Source: an uncultured Clostridia bacterium | GTDB taxonomy: Bacteria; Bacillota; Clostridia; Christensenellales; DTU072 | DNA: 64,000 nt | Assembly (NCBI GenBank): GCA_944371785.1 | Contig: CALVXZ010000001.1 | Location: 17,210 to 81,209, forward strand | Reading direction: 5' to 3' | Program-made: the position numbers and the translations under genes | Part shown: positions 45,894-55,605 of the stretch, in pieces | Layout of the letters: each line of letters begins with the position of its first letter | Position numbering within the stretch: position 1 is the first letter of the stretch | Notes under the pieces: generated by a model | What the model saw: the letters and a program-made list of their open reading frames with translations, nothing else | What the model was told of the DNA's origin: nothing | Databases searched by the model: none

Positions 45894-46799
45894 TTATCCT
45901 TTAAACGCTTTGTCGATGAACGCCGCCATGTCGGCATACACTTCTTTTCTGTTGATCTCGTTCAGAATTTCGTGTCTTGCGCCGGGGTAGCTCTTGTATT
46001 CGGCGTTCAGACCGTATTGCAGATAGTACTTGTAAAGCTTTTCGGCAAGCACCGTTTTGTTGGAAACGGGGTCGTCCGCGCCCACGGCAATCAGTATCGG
46101 CAGATCCTTCGGTATGGCGTTCGCCCTGTCGCCGTACATCTTTTGGATGCTGCGGAAAAAGTAGTAATAATAGTCGATGCTCAAAGGATATCCGCAATAT
46201 TCGTCAGCCTCGTATTCGGCGACTTTTGCGCGGTCGCGCGACAGCCAGGCAAAACGCTGACCCTGCGATTCAAAGGGCTTGTTGTATGCGCCGAAGCTGA
46301 GCTTGTCGATAAGTTTACCTGTCTTGTCGCCGCCTATGAAAAGTCTTTGCACCGCGGCAACGGCTTTTCCGAGGCCTACCAATATCCCGCGCATATACGC
46401 GGTTCCGGAAAGTATGCAGCCTTTCAAAGAATCGGCATACAGTTCAAGATACCTTTGCGAAAGGAACGAACCGTAAGAATGCCCGAAAAGCAGGACTTCC
46501 AGACCGTAATGTTCCTTTGCGTAATCGACAACGGTTTTAATGTCCTTTACGGAATTTTCAAAGGAATCGGGGGCGACTTTGCCCAACTCTCCGTCGGGGT
46601 TGAATTTGTGTCCCCTGTGGTTGTCGGCAAGGACTATGTAGCCCGCTTTGTTCAGATATCCGGCAAAATCGTCGTATCTGTCCGCGTGTTCCGCCATACC
46701 GTGAGCGATCACCACGGCGCCGATAGCGTTTTCAACCTCGTCCCAAACGGAAACGGTGTTGTATTTGTCGTCAAACGTTTTCAATTGAATGTGCTGCAT
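45894..46799 (-). CDS. Alpha/beta hydrolase (lysophospholipase/monoacylglycerol lipase-like)
   Basis: 301 aa. VVIAHGMAEH and LLFGHSYGSFL (GxSxG nucleophile elbow). Confidence 0.85.
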   Translation of the reverse strand: MQHIQLKTFDDKYNTVSVWDEVENAIGAVVIAHGMAEHADRYDDFAGYLNKAGYIVLADNHRGHKFNPDGELGKVAPDSFENSVKDIKTVVDYAKEHYGLEVLLFGHSYGSFLSQRYLELYADSLKGCILSGTAYMRGILVGLGKAVAAVQRLFIGGDKTGKLIDKLSFGAYNKPFESQGQRFAWLSRDRAKVAEYEADEYCGYPLSIDYYYYFFRSIQKMYGDRANAIPKDLPILIAVGADDPVSNKTVLAEKLYKYYLQYGLNAEYKSYPGARHEILNEINRKEVYADMAAFIDKAFKG

Positions 46800-46908
46800 A
46801 TGGTCCTCCCGATTTCACGCGTATGCGTTTAAAGACTATAGTATATATTATCACTAAACCGAATATAATTCAACTATTGAATTAAAAATTCTTTCTTTCG
46901 GAGGCAAG

Positions 46909-47934
46909 ATGCGTACCGTTTTATTGGCAGGAGGAGGCACCGCCGGGCATGTGATGCCGGCGATAGCCGTCGGTGAAGAATTAAGGAAAATGGGTTTCAA
47001 CGTGATTTTCGGAGGCGGTTGCGGAATGGAAAAATCGATTGCCGAAAAATATAAAATCCCGTTTTTCGGTGTCCGAACAGTGCGTTTCAGTCGCCGAAAC
47101 CCCTTTGAAAACTTTAAAATACCTTTTGTGTTAAAACAAGGCGCGGCAGAGGCGAAAAAGGTTTTGTCGGAATATAAAACCGCCGCAGTCTTTGCAAAGG
47201 GCGGCTACGCTTCGGTGCCGTGGGCGCTTGCGGCAAAGAGTCTGGATATCCCCGTGTTATGTCACGAATCCGATCTGAGTATGGGGTTGGGAAACAAACT
47301 TATCTCCCGTTTCGCGGCAAAAGTTTTAACTTCTTTCCCCGAAACCAAAGGCGGAATTTGCGTCGGAAATCCCGTCCGGAGCGAGATATTTTCGGGTTCG
47401 AAGGAACGCGCGATGAAAAAATACGGCTTTTCCGGGGAAATAGTGCTGATATTCGGCGGCAGCCAGGGAGCCGCCGCCATAAACGAATGCGTATTCGCGG
47501 CGACAAAGGCGCTGACGGCGGTTTCGGAAGTCGTCCATATTACAGGAAAAGGCGTTTCCGCACCCGAAAGAAAAGGATATATCCCCGTGGAATATGCCGA
47601 CGATATAGCAGACCTGTATGCCGCGGCGCATACGGTGGTCACGCGCGGCGGAGCGGGCGCGCTGGCGGAAATATCGGCTTTGGGAAAGCGTATGATAGCG
47701 ATACCCCTGCCGAAAAGCCGTTACAGCCGCGGCGACCAGGTGGAAAACGCCGAATATTATATGAAGAACGGGCAATGCCGCGTAATATTCGAAAACGAGC
47801 TCGGCGTAACCGAACTCGTCAGAGCCGTAGAGCGCGAACAAATGCTGCCCGTTCGCAAACCCGTCAATTCAAACGCCGCACGGAAAGCCGCCGAGGCGGT
47901 TGCCGAAGTCATTTCCAGGCGGCTGGATTATTAA
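46909..47934 (+). CDS. murG: UDP-N-acetylglucosamine--N-acetylmuramyl-(pentapeptide) pyrophosphoryl-undecaprenol GlcNAc transferase
   Basis: 341 aa. MRTVLLAGGGTAGHVMPAIAV and a GT28 C-terminal domain (VVTRGGAGALAEISALGK). Confidence 0.9.
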   Translation: MRTVLLAGGGTAGHVMPAIAVGEELRKMGFNVIFGGGCGMEKSIAEKYKIPFFGVRTVRFSRRNPFENFKIPFVLKQGAAEAKKVLSEYKTAAVFAKGGYASVPWALAAKSLDIPVLCHESDLSMGLGNKLISRFAAKVLTSFPETKGGICVGNPVRSEIFSGSKERAMKKYGFSGEIVLIFGGSQGAAAINECVFAATKALTAVSEVVHITGKGVSAPERKGYIPVEYADDIADLYAAAHTVVTRGGAGALAEISALGKRMIAIPLPKSRYSRGDQVENAEYYMKNGQCRVIFENELGVTELVRAVEREQMLPVRKPVNSNAARKAAEAVAEVISRRLDY

Positions 47935-49226
47935 ACGCCGATGATCTTCAGACTGTCGCCGGCGGTATATAACACCATTTCCCTGCCTTCGGAATCGGTC
48001 AGAGCGGCGATACCGTCGAAGGCGCCGAAGTCACCGGACAACGTCTTTCCGTCGCGGTCTATCCTAAGAAGTTTGAGTTTTTCGCCGTCGGAATACAAAA
48101 CCTTAAATCCGCCGTCGAAGCTGACGCAATCGAATATCCTCTGTACGCTGCCTTTCAGCGCAGACGAGGAATTAAAATTGAGTTCGTAATCTATCATATA
48201 TAGCCTGGTTTCTTCGGCGTGCGTCAGCAGCATTATGTTTTCGCCGTTCATATACGCTTCCGCGCTATCCGCAAGTCCTACTCCCACGCGCTTGACGTCC
48301 TTAGAAAGATCGGTCTTTATGAGCTGAACTCCGTCTGCTCCGCGTTCTACCACAAGGTATTTCTGCGCGCCTTCGGAAGGTATCGGAGTAATGCTGAGCA
48401 GCTCTTTTTCGGGAACGGTCTCCGTCGTTATCGGCGAAAGCTCCGTTGAAAGTTTCAGAATCGAATAACCTTGTATCCCCTTCACCGCCAAAAGGTAAAA
48501 TTCCATAAAATCGTATACGTCCGCCACGCTGCCGCCGATCAGACTGTCCGAAGCGACTATTACTCCGTCAGCGAATTTGTACGCTTTCGTCTTGTCGGCT
48601 CCTGTAAGGAACAGCAGGAAGCCTTCGTTCAGCGCATAGACTTCCGCACCGTTGCAATCGGTCATCTCCGTAACGTAAGCGTCGTTAAGTTCCGCCGAAA
48701 GAGTATGAACGTAGCTTTTCCCCGAACCGGAGGTCACGACGACGAGCCCTTCGGCGGTCAGGCGCGAATTCAAATATGCGTCGCCGCCTTTCAGGTGCCT
48801 CAGCGCGGAGATCGTGCCGTCGGATTCCAATTTCAACACGCTGACGGTTTTTACGCCGGCAGTATTCAGAGCCCCCTCTTTGCCCGCGTGCGTGATCACC
48901 GCATACTGACCGTCGGAGGTGTTGTGCGCGGCGTTCAGTTCCACTCCGCCTTCCGCCCACAGCGTTTGCGTGTATGTATAAAACGCGCTGGCTTCCGGCG
49001 GTATCGGCGAAAACGGTTCGGGGACTTCCTGAGGTTCGTCGTCCGGAGTCACGTCCGGCGCGACGTCGCCGTCCGGAGGTTCGGTCTGATCCGATGAAAT
49101 TCCGCCCGGATTTTGTTCCCCCGTCGCCTGACTGTCGGCGGCGGGCACCAACACCGCCGCGACTGAAAGCGCGGCAAGGGTCAGCAGTAAAATGACTGTC
49201 AGAGTTTTCGGGGTGTTTTTTGCCAT
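47931..49226 (-). CDS. Signal-anchored extracytoplasmic protein of unknown function
   Basis: 431 aa. N-terminal TM segment TLTVILLLTLAALSVAAVLV, an acidic Pro/Asp/Glu linker, then ~330 aa of beta-rich sequence. I recognise no motif. Confidence 0.75.
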   Translation of the reverse strand: MAKNTPKTLTVILLLTLAALSVAAVLVPAADSQATGEQNPGGISSDQTEPPDGDVAPDVTPDDEPQEVPEPFSPIPPEASAFYTYTQTLWAEGGVELNAAHNTSDGQYAVITHAGKEGALNTAGVKTVSVLKLESDGTISALRHLKGGDAYLNSRLTAEGLVVVTSGSGKSYVHTLSAELNDAYVTEMTDCNGAEVYALNEGFLLFLTGADKTKAYKFADGVIVASDSLIGGSVADVYDFMEFYLLAVKGIQGYSILKLSTELSPITTETVPEKELLSITPIPSEGAQKYLVVERGADGVQLIKTDLSKDVKRVGVGLADSAEAYMNGENIMLLTHAEETRLYMIDYELNFNSSSALKGSVQRIFDCVSFDGGFKVLYSDGEKLKLLRIDRDGKTLSGDFGAFDGIAALTDSEGREMVLYTAGDSLKIIGV

Positions 49227-49356
49227 AACTCCTCCTTAGCCCGAAGGCGAAGCCTTTTTTACAGATTATAATCCGCTTTTCGGGTACGGGCTTCGGAATG
49301 ACAAAACTACCGAAATTAAAACATTTTCCGCATAATATAATATTCGGATATCGATC

Positions 49357-49379
49357 AAAAAAAGCGGCTGTTTGCCGCT
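49357..49379 (-). terminator. Intrinsic terminator after rnc
   Basis: Minus strand: AGCGGC-AAACA-GCCGCU followed by U7. Confidence 0.75.
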
Positions 49380-49391
49380 TTAAGATCGAAA

Positions 49392-50081
49392 TTATTTGAA
49401 TTTTTTCAAAGCCTCGGCGCTTGCCGCCTGTTCGGCTTTCTTTTTGGATCTTCCGCGCCCCGCTCCGTAAAGACTGCCGTCGATATAAACTTCGGCGACG
49501 TACGCTTCCGGCGGATTGCCGTCGTCAGTAGGCGCGATCTCGAAACGGCATTCGGCGCCGCGCTTCGTGACGGTTTCCAACAGCCTCGATTTCGAATCGG
49601 AATCGGTTTTCAGAGAAAAATCTTTTTCCATTACGTCGTTCAACAGACGTTTTATGAATTTTTCGGCTTCGGCAAGTCCGCCGTCCGTCATGATCGCGCC
49701 CGTAACGGCTTCGAATATGTCCTCTTTCACCTTCGCGCTGGCAGCCACTTCCGCGGAAGCTTTGCCCGCCCCGTGCAGGACGTATCCGACTATACCGAGA
49801 TCTTCGACGCGGCGCGCCAAAGTCGGTCCCGAAACGATCTGAGCCTTGGCTTTCGTCAGAAAACCTTCGTCCTTGTCGGGGTATCTTTTCATCAGATAGA
49901 CGGACACCGTCATTCCCAAAACCGAGTCCCCCAAAAATTCCAACCTTTCGTAAGAACGCGCCCCGTGTTCGTTTGCGTATGACGCGTGCGTCAACGCCTC
50001 GTCCAAAAGAGCCGTGTTTTTAAAGGTATACCCTATCAGTTTTTCGACCAGCCGTAGTTGTTTTAACCGCTCAGTCGTCAT
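49392..50081 (-). CDS. rnc: Ribonuclease III
   Basis: 229 aa. ERLEFLGDSVL signature and a C-terminal dsRBD (GRGRSKKKAEQAASAEAL). Confidence 0.95.
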   Translation of the reverse strand: MTTERLKQLRLVEKLIGYTFKNTALLDEALTHASYANEHGARSYERLEFLGDSVLGMTVSVYLMKRYPDKDEGFLTKAKAQIVSGPTLARRVEDLGIVGYVLHGAGKASAEVAASAKVKEDIFEAVTGAIMTDGGLAEAEKFIKRLLNDVMEKDFSLKTDSDSKSRLLETVTKRGAECRFEIAPTDDGNPPEAYVAEVYIDGSLYGAGRGRSKKKAEQAASAEALKKFK

Positions 50082-51060
50082 TACCTTCCTCCGAATTCAA
50101 ATCGACTGCCTGCAAAATCGCAGCCGCTATGGATTTAGCTTTTGAAGAACCGTGCGCTTTTATTACCGTTTTTTCCAATCCTGCAAAAACCGCGCCGCCG
50201 TGCGCGTTGTAATCCATCGTCTTTTTGATCTTTTTCAGGACGGGTTTCATCAACAGATACCCTATTTTCGCACGCAGACCGCCGCTCATTATGCCTTCTT
50301 TCAGGAGCGTCATAAACGCCAGAGCGGTGCCTTCGCACGCTTTCAGGGCGACGTTGCCGCTGAATCCGTCGGAAACGACGACGTCGATATCGCCGGACAG
50401 GATCTCCCTTGCCTCTATGTTTCCGACAAAGTTAAGATCGTTTTTTTCTTTTATCAGCCTGAAGGCTTCGCGGGTAAGGTCGGTGCCTTTCTGATCCTCG
50501 GTGCCGTTGCACAGCAATCCGATCGCGGGATCGGAAATACCCAAATATTTTTTCGCCATTTCGGCACCCAGCCGGGCAAAGTTCAGCAACATCTCCGGTT
50601 TGCATTCGGAGTTCGCGCCGCAATCTATCAGAATGACTCTGCCGCCTTTTACGGTGGGGAGCACGGGAGCCAGCCCGGCGCGGATTATGCCGGGTTTGCG
50701 CTTTACCAACAGCGTCGCCGCGGTCAATACCGCGCCTGTGCTTCCCGCGGAAACGAACGCTTTTGCGTCGGGATCGGTATTCAAAAGGTTCAACCCCTTT
50801 ACCAACGACGAATTTCTCATCTTCCTGACCGCCTCTACGGGAGGCATTTCGCAGGTGATGACGTCGGGAGCGTCGACGATTTCCAACCTGTCTTCGGGCA
50901 CTTGGTCGGATAACCCGTCAATCAACGTCTCCAATTTGGCTTTGTCGCCCGTCAAAGTTATCGAAAAACCTTTCCTTTCCGACAACGCCGTCAACGCGCC
51001 GATAACCGTTTCTTTAGGAGCGTAATCTCCGCCGTATGCGTCTAAAATTATCTTTATCAT
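50071..51060 (-). CDS. plsX: Phosphate acyltransferase PlsX
   Basis: 329 aa. MIKIILDAYGGDYAPKE...GFSGNVALK. Its 3' end overlaps the rnc start by 11 nt. Confidence 0.95.
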   Translation of the reverse strand: MIKIILDAYGGDYAPKETVIGALTALSERKGFSITLTGDKAKLETLIDGLSDQVPEDRLEIVDAPDVITCEMPPVEAVRKMRNSSLVKGLNLLNTDPDAKAFVSAGSTGAVLTAATLLVKRKPGIIRAGLAPVLPTVKGGRVILIDCGANSECKPEMLLNFARLGAEMAKKYLGISDPAIGLLCNGTEDQKGTDLTREAFRLIKEKNDLNFVGNIEAREILSGDIDVVVSDGFSGNVALKACEGTALAFMTLLKEGIMSGGLRAKIGYLLMKPVLKKIKKTMDYNAHGGAVFAGLEKTVIKAHGSSKAKSIAAAILQAVDLNSEEGNDD

Positions 51061-51169
51061 ATCAAGACACCCTATAAAAATTTATATCAAAAACGCCGGC
51101 TTCGCAGCTGAGGAGGCTGACTGGGACGGCGTTCAAAAGAATGGGAAGCCGTAAAGCTTCCCCCGCTGA

Positions 51170-51364
51170 TTAATTTTCCTTTTTGTCTTCCTTCGGAACT
51201 ACAACTTGTCTGCCGTTGTAGTAGCCGCAATTCGGGCAAACCCTGTGAGGAGTAATCATCGTCTTGCATTGCGGGCACTCCGTCAAATTGGGAGCGGAAA
51301 GCTTCCACTGCGCGAAACGGGTATTTCCTCTTTGCTTCGATACTTTACTTTTAGGTACTGCCAT
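51170..51364 (-). CDS. rpmF: 50S ribosomal protein L32 (zinc-ribbon form)
   Basis: MAVPKSKVSKQRGNTRFAQWK...CPQCKTMITPHRVCPNCGYY. Confidence 0.9.
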   Translation of the reverse strand: MAVPKSKVSKQRGNTRFAQWKLSAPNLTECPQCKTMITPHRVCPNCGYYNGRQVVVPKEDKKEN

Positions 51365-51401
51365 GGTGCACCTCCTATATTGTACTTACAAACGCTTGAT
51401 A

Positions 51402-51430
51402 ATTATATATGATATATTTCGGCTTGTCAA
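51402..51430 (-). promoter_or_regulatory. Consensus sigma-A promoter for rpmF-plsX-rnc
   Basis: Minus strand: TTGACA (51430-51425), a 17-nt spacer, then TATAAT (51407-51402). Confidence 0.65.
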
Positions 51431-51445
51431 ACAAATTTCGAATAT

Positions 51446-52654
51446 TTATGCCTTTTCGACAAGCTCTTTCGCGTCGCGCGCTATTACCAATTCCTCGTTG
51501 GTCGGAATTATGACGACTTTTACCGCGGAATCGGGCAAATGCATCTCGGTGAGCCCCTTCGGAGATCCCATCGAAGCGTTCTTTTCAAAATCGAATCTGA
51601 CGCCGAAAACCTCCAGCCCTTTCATAATGAGTTCCCTTGCGTAAGAGGAATTTTCACCGATGCCGCCCGTAAAGACTATGCAATCCAATCCGCCCATAGC
51701 CGCAACGTAGGAACCGATGTACTTCCTGACGCGGTAAGCGAACATATCGAAAGCCAGACGCGCCTTTTCGTCGCCTGATTTTGCAAGTTCCGTCAAATCA
51801 CGGCAATCGGAATATCCGGCTATGCCCTGGAAACCGCATTCCTTATTAAGGTAGGTGACTATTTCGGAAGCCGTCTTTCCCTTCTGTTCCGCCAAAAAGC
51901 CTACTGTCGCGGCGTCGATATCGCCGGAACGCGTGCCCATTACCATGCCTTCCAAAGGCGTCAACCCCATGCTGGTGTCCACGCACTTTCCGTCCACTAC
52001 GGCGGCAAGCGACGATCCGTTGCCCAAATGGCAGGTCACTATCCTGGATCCCGCAAAGCCCAGATATTTTACGGCTTCGCCGGAAACGTATTTATGCGAA
52101 GTACCGTGGAACCCGTACTTCCTGACGCGGTATTTTTTGTAGTCTTCGTATTTGATGGCGTACATATACGCGTAAGGCGGCATCGTGGAATGGAACACCG
52201 TATCGAATACCGCCACGTTTTTCTTGTCGGGCATCAGTTTCATGCAGGAACGGATACAGCCGATATTGGCAGGCATATGCAAAGGCCCCAAAACCGTGTT
52301 GCGGTCGCATATCTTCAATACCTCGTCGTCGACTATGACGGAAGAAGTAAAATCCTCGCCGCCGTGCAACACTCTGTGACCTATAACTCCGATTTCATCC
52401 ATCGAACCGATGACCCCCTTTTCGGGATCGGTCAGCGCGTTCATCACCAAAGTGAACGCCTCCGTATGGTCGGGAATTATCTGTTCGAGCACCAGCGTCT
52501 TTTCGGGAGCTCCCGATACCTGCTGTTTCAATTTTCCGGTAAGCCCCGTACCTATCTTTTCGACGATACCTTTTCCGATAGTCTTTTCGTCGGTCATGTC
52601 GATGACCTGATATTTCAGCGACGAACTTCCTGCGTTCAATACCAATACTTTCAT
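51446..52654 (-). CDS. ackA: Acetate kinase
   Basis: 402 aa. MKVLVLNAGSSSLKYQV, GHRVLHGG, FTGGIGENS. Confidence 0.97.
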   Translation of the reverse strand: MKVLVLNAGSSSLKYQVIDMTDEKTIGKGIVEKIGTGLTGKLKQQVSGAPEKTLVLEQIIPDHTEAFTLVMNALTDPEKGVIGSMDEIGVIGHRVLHGGEDFTSSVIVDDEVLKICDRNTVLGPLHMPANIGCIRSCMKLMPDKKNVAVFDTVFHSTMPPYAYMYAIKYEDYKKYRVRKYGFHGTSHKYVSGEAVKYLGFAGSRIVTCHLGNGSSLAAVVDGKCVDTSMGLTPLEGMVMGTRSGDIDAATVGFLAEQKGKTASEIVTYLNKECGFQGIAGYSDCRDLTELAKSGDEKARLAFDMFAYRVRKYIGSYVAAMGGLDCIVFTGGIGENSSYARELIMKGLEVFGVRFDFEKNASMGSPKGLTEMHLPDSAVKVVIIPTNEELVIARDAKELVEKA

Positions 52655-52699
52655 AAAACTTTCCTTAATTATATTCCTGATTGTAGCCTTGGCAACCGA

Positions 52700-53695
52700 T
52701 TAATATTGCAAAGAAGTTATTGCAACGACGCCGACGACGTCCGCCACGGAACAGCCTCTGGAAAGGTCGTTTACGGGCTTTGCAAGTCCCTGACAGATAG
52801 GTCCGATAGCGTCCACGTTGCCGAAGCGCTGAACGAGTTTGTATCCGATGTTTCCGGATTGCAGATCGGGGAATATCAACACGTTGGCGTTTCCCGCAAC
52901 CATGGAACCGGGCGCCTTTATGGCGGCGACTTTCGGAACGATCGCGGCGTCAAGCTGCATTTCGCCGTCCACGTCGAATCCGAGATCGGTCCTGGCTTTC
53001 AACGCTTCGGTGGCGGAGACGACTTTGGCGACGTTCGGGTGCGAAGCCGAACCTTTCGTGGAGAAACTGAGCATCGCCACTTTGGGTTCCTTTATACCTG
53101 CGATCGATCTTGCCGATTCCGCGGAGGCGATCGCGATATCCACCAGCTGTTCGGAAGTCGGATCGGGTATGACGGCGCAGTCGCCGTAAACCATCGCTCC
53201 GTCGTCGCCGTAAGGCGAACCTTCGGGCAGACCCATTATGAAGCAGCTGCTGACGGTTTTGATCCCCGGACGGCTTTTGATTATCTGTAATGCGGGGCGC
53301 AGAACGTCGCTGGTCGCATTAATTGATCCGGCAACCATGCCGTCGGCGTCGCCGGCTTTTACCATAAGGCATCCGTAATAAAGGGGATTTTTGACCAAAA
53401 GCTCGGCTTTTTCGGTAGTCATTCCCTTTTCCTTCCTGAGTTGGTACAATAAATCGGCGTACTCCGCGGCTTTTTCGGAAGTCAACGGATTAACGATTTC
53501 CACTTCGCTGAGATCGGCGTCTTCGGCTTTGGCTTTGATGACGCGTTCGTCGCCCAAAAGGGTTATTTTTGCTATTTTTTCTTGCGCTACGATGGCAGCA
53601 GCCTGAATTATGCGCATTTCTTCGCCTTCCGCAAGCACTATGTGTTTGCCGCGTGTTTTGGCTTCGGCGATTATTGCATCCATTATTTTGGACAT
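52700..53695 (-). CDS. pta: Phosphate acetyltransferase
   Basis: The start MSKIMDAII at 53695 follows GGAGGG. The ORF track M1 at 53707 lies within that RBS. SDVLRPALQIIK and LIFPDLQSGNIGYK motifs. Confidence 0.95.
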   Translation of the reverse strand: MSKIMDAIIAEAKTRGKHIVLAEGEEMRIIQAAAIVAQEKIAKITLLGDERVIKAKAEDADLSEVEIVNPLTSEKAAEYADLLYQLRKEKGMTTEKAELLVKNPLYYGCLMVKAGDADGMVAGSINATSDVLRPALQIIKSRPGIKTVSSCFIMGLPEGSPYGDDGAMVYGDCAVIPDPTSEQLVDIAIASAESARSIAGIKEPKVAMLSFSTKGSASHPNVAKVVSATEALKARTDLGFDVDGEMQLDAAIVPKVAAIKAPGSMVAGNANVLIFPDLQSGNIGYKLVQRFGNVDAIGPICQGLAKPVNDLSRGCSVADVVGVVAITSLQY

Positions 53696-53817
53696 GACAC
53701 CCTCCAAACTCTTGTTGATTTTCTTGAATTATGGTATATAATTATATACAACATATAGTATATTACTACCATATGCACCCGAAAAGCAAGTATTTTAGAA
53801 AAGCTCGGAGTCCGAAT

Positions 53818-55011
53818 ATGAAAATTACAGCGATAATAGCCGAATACAATCCGTTGACAAACGGTCATGCGCTGCATTTGAAGCGCGCCCGAGAAGAAAC
53901 GGGAGCCGATACCGTGCTGGTCGTCATGAGCGGATCGTTCACTCAGCGTGGCGAAGCCGCCATCGCCGATAAATATATGCGCGCCGAACAAGCCGTTTAC
54001 GCCGGGGCGGATATCGTCGTCGAACTGCCGACTATTTATGCGATTTCCCCTGCCGACAACTTCGCATACGGAGCGGTAAAGACTATTTCGGCGTTCGCCG
54101 ACGTGCATTACATAAGTTTCGGTTCGGAGTGCGGCGACGTCGGAAAAATCGAAAAGCTGGCGGATCTTTTGCTGAACGAACCCGCCGAATTCAGCGCGGT
54201 GCTGAAAGCCGCGTTGAAAAACGGATCATCCTTCCCGAAAGCGCGCGCCGAAGCCCTGAAAAGCTATGCGGCGGCGCATCCCGAATACGACGGGCTGAAG
54301 GACGTTCTGGATTACCCGAACAATTCCCTCGGCGTGGCTTACGTTATGGCGGTGAAAAAAGCCGGTCTGGACATCGCGTTCCATACCGTGCGCCGCGTAG
54401 GCGGAAGTTACGATTCCACGGATATCGACTGCGAATACCCTTCCGCCACCGCCGTAAGGCTGGCGTTTAAGCGCGGCGAAACCGAAAAGCTGCAAAACGC
54501 CGTTCCGAAGTCGGTGATGGGAATGCTGTCGGTGATCTCTCCGCAAGGCGATACTTTGGGAGATATGGAGCTGTTCAAGCTGAAAAGCATCTCCGGATAC
54601 GAATTGGAAAATTACTACGACGTTTCGGGCGGCATACACAACAGGCTGAAGATCGCCGCCAACGACGCTCACGACATCGGCACGCTCCTGGAAAACGCAA
54701 AGACGAAAAATTATACAATGGCGCGGCTGAAACGCATAGCGTTATACGCTCTGTTGGATATCACCAAAAAAGATTGGGAGGACGCCGTAAACGCGCCGCC
54801 CTACGTTAATATATTGGCGCTTCGGAAGGAAAGAAAGGACATACTCAGCATGCTGTCAATGGGCTGTAAAAACGTGCTGACAAGGTATTCGGACGTTTCC
54901 AGAGTCGACAAATCGTTAAGGCGTTTCGTAAAGTTGGATTACCTTACCCAAGGTACCCTGGAAATAATAAACCGTTCCGGAATGTTCGCAAAAAAGATGC
55001 TGTTGATCTGA
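53818..55011 (+). CDS. tmcAL: tRNA(Met) cytidine acetate ligase TmcAL (YlbM/UPF0348)
   Basis: The ATG at 53818 follows GGAG. MKITAIIAEYNPLTNGHALHLKRAREETGADTVLVVMSGSFTQRGE. Confidence 0.85.
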   Translation: MKITAIIAEYNPLTNGHALHLKRAREETGADTVLVVMSGSFTQRGEAAIADKYMRAEQAVYAGADIVVELPTIYAISPADNFAYGAVKTISAFADVHYISFGSECGDVGKIEKLADLLLNEPAEFSAVLKAALKNGSSFPKARAEALKSYAAAHPEYDGLKDVLDYPNNSLGVAYVMAVKKAGLDIAFHTVRRVGGSYDSTDIDCEYPSATAVRLAFKRGETEKLQNAVPKSVMGMLSVISPQGDTLGDMELFKLKSISGYELENYYDVSGGIHNRLKIAANDAHDIGTLLENAKTKNYTMARLKRIALYALLDITKKDWEDAVNAPPYVNILALRKERKDILSMLSMGCKNVLTRYSDVSRVDKSLRRFVKLDYLTQGTLEIINRSGMFAKKMLLI

Positions 55012-55041
55012 TTCCGACTAACGGCTGAAAACCCGTTTTTA

Positions 55042-55070
55042 AAAACCGCCTTCCGGGCGGTTTTGCTTTT
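55042..55070 (+). terminator. Intrinsic terminator after tmcAL
   Basis: AAAACCGCC-TTCCG-GGCGGTTTT followed by GCTTTT. Confidence 0.7.
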
Positions 55071-55131
55071 GAAGTAAACCGTATTTTTCCGCCGCGCGGA
55101 AAGGAATAACCGCCGCCGCGGTAAAATAAGA

Positions 55132-55605
55132 TTGTATGTGAAACTTTATATACGGGTGCTTTCTCTGACTGCGGCTCTGATGTTCGTATTCGTCGTCGGA
55201 TACTCGGCGGGTCTGGCAGTTGACGACGCGGTCATCGGGAAATTGCTGCTTTTAAAGGATCTGCCCGTCCCCGGCAAAAATCTTTTCGAACCGGTGTGGT
55301 CGTTGATATATCTGTCCGAAACCATAGTGCTGACGGCGACTTTCGCCGACGCGAAACTAAGGAAAAATTTCGCGCTGTGGGCGGCCTTCGGCGTACTTTA
55401 CATTATCTGCTGCCGCGCGTTTTTTGCGGAAGCGTTCATTCTTTCGTTGGGAGCCTTGTCGGAAATTTCGATAATCTGCGCCGTACTGTGGCGGAAATAT
55501 TACGGGCGTTCCCGGTTGCTGTGCGCCGTCCATACCGTCGTTTCGTTATGGTTCTTTTATCTGACGGCGTTGAATTGGGCTTTGGTACAGGGATCCGCCC
55601 TTTAA
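55132..55605 (+). CDS. Five-TM membrane protein, TspO/MBR-like
   Basis: 157 aa. LKDLPVPGKNLFEPVWSLIYL resembles the TspO LKKPxxxPPxxxFxPVWxxLY motif. Non-ATG start (TTG at 55132 or GTG at 55138). The assignment is tentative. Confidence 0.5.
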   Translation: MYVKLYIRVLSLTAALMFVFVVGYSAGLAVDDAVIGKLLLLKDLPVPGKNLFEPVWSLIYLSETIVLTATFADAKLRKNFALWAAFGVLYIICCRAFFAEAFILSLGALSEISIICAVLWRKYYGRSRLLCAVHTVVSLWFFYLTALNWALVQGSAL

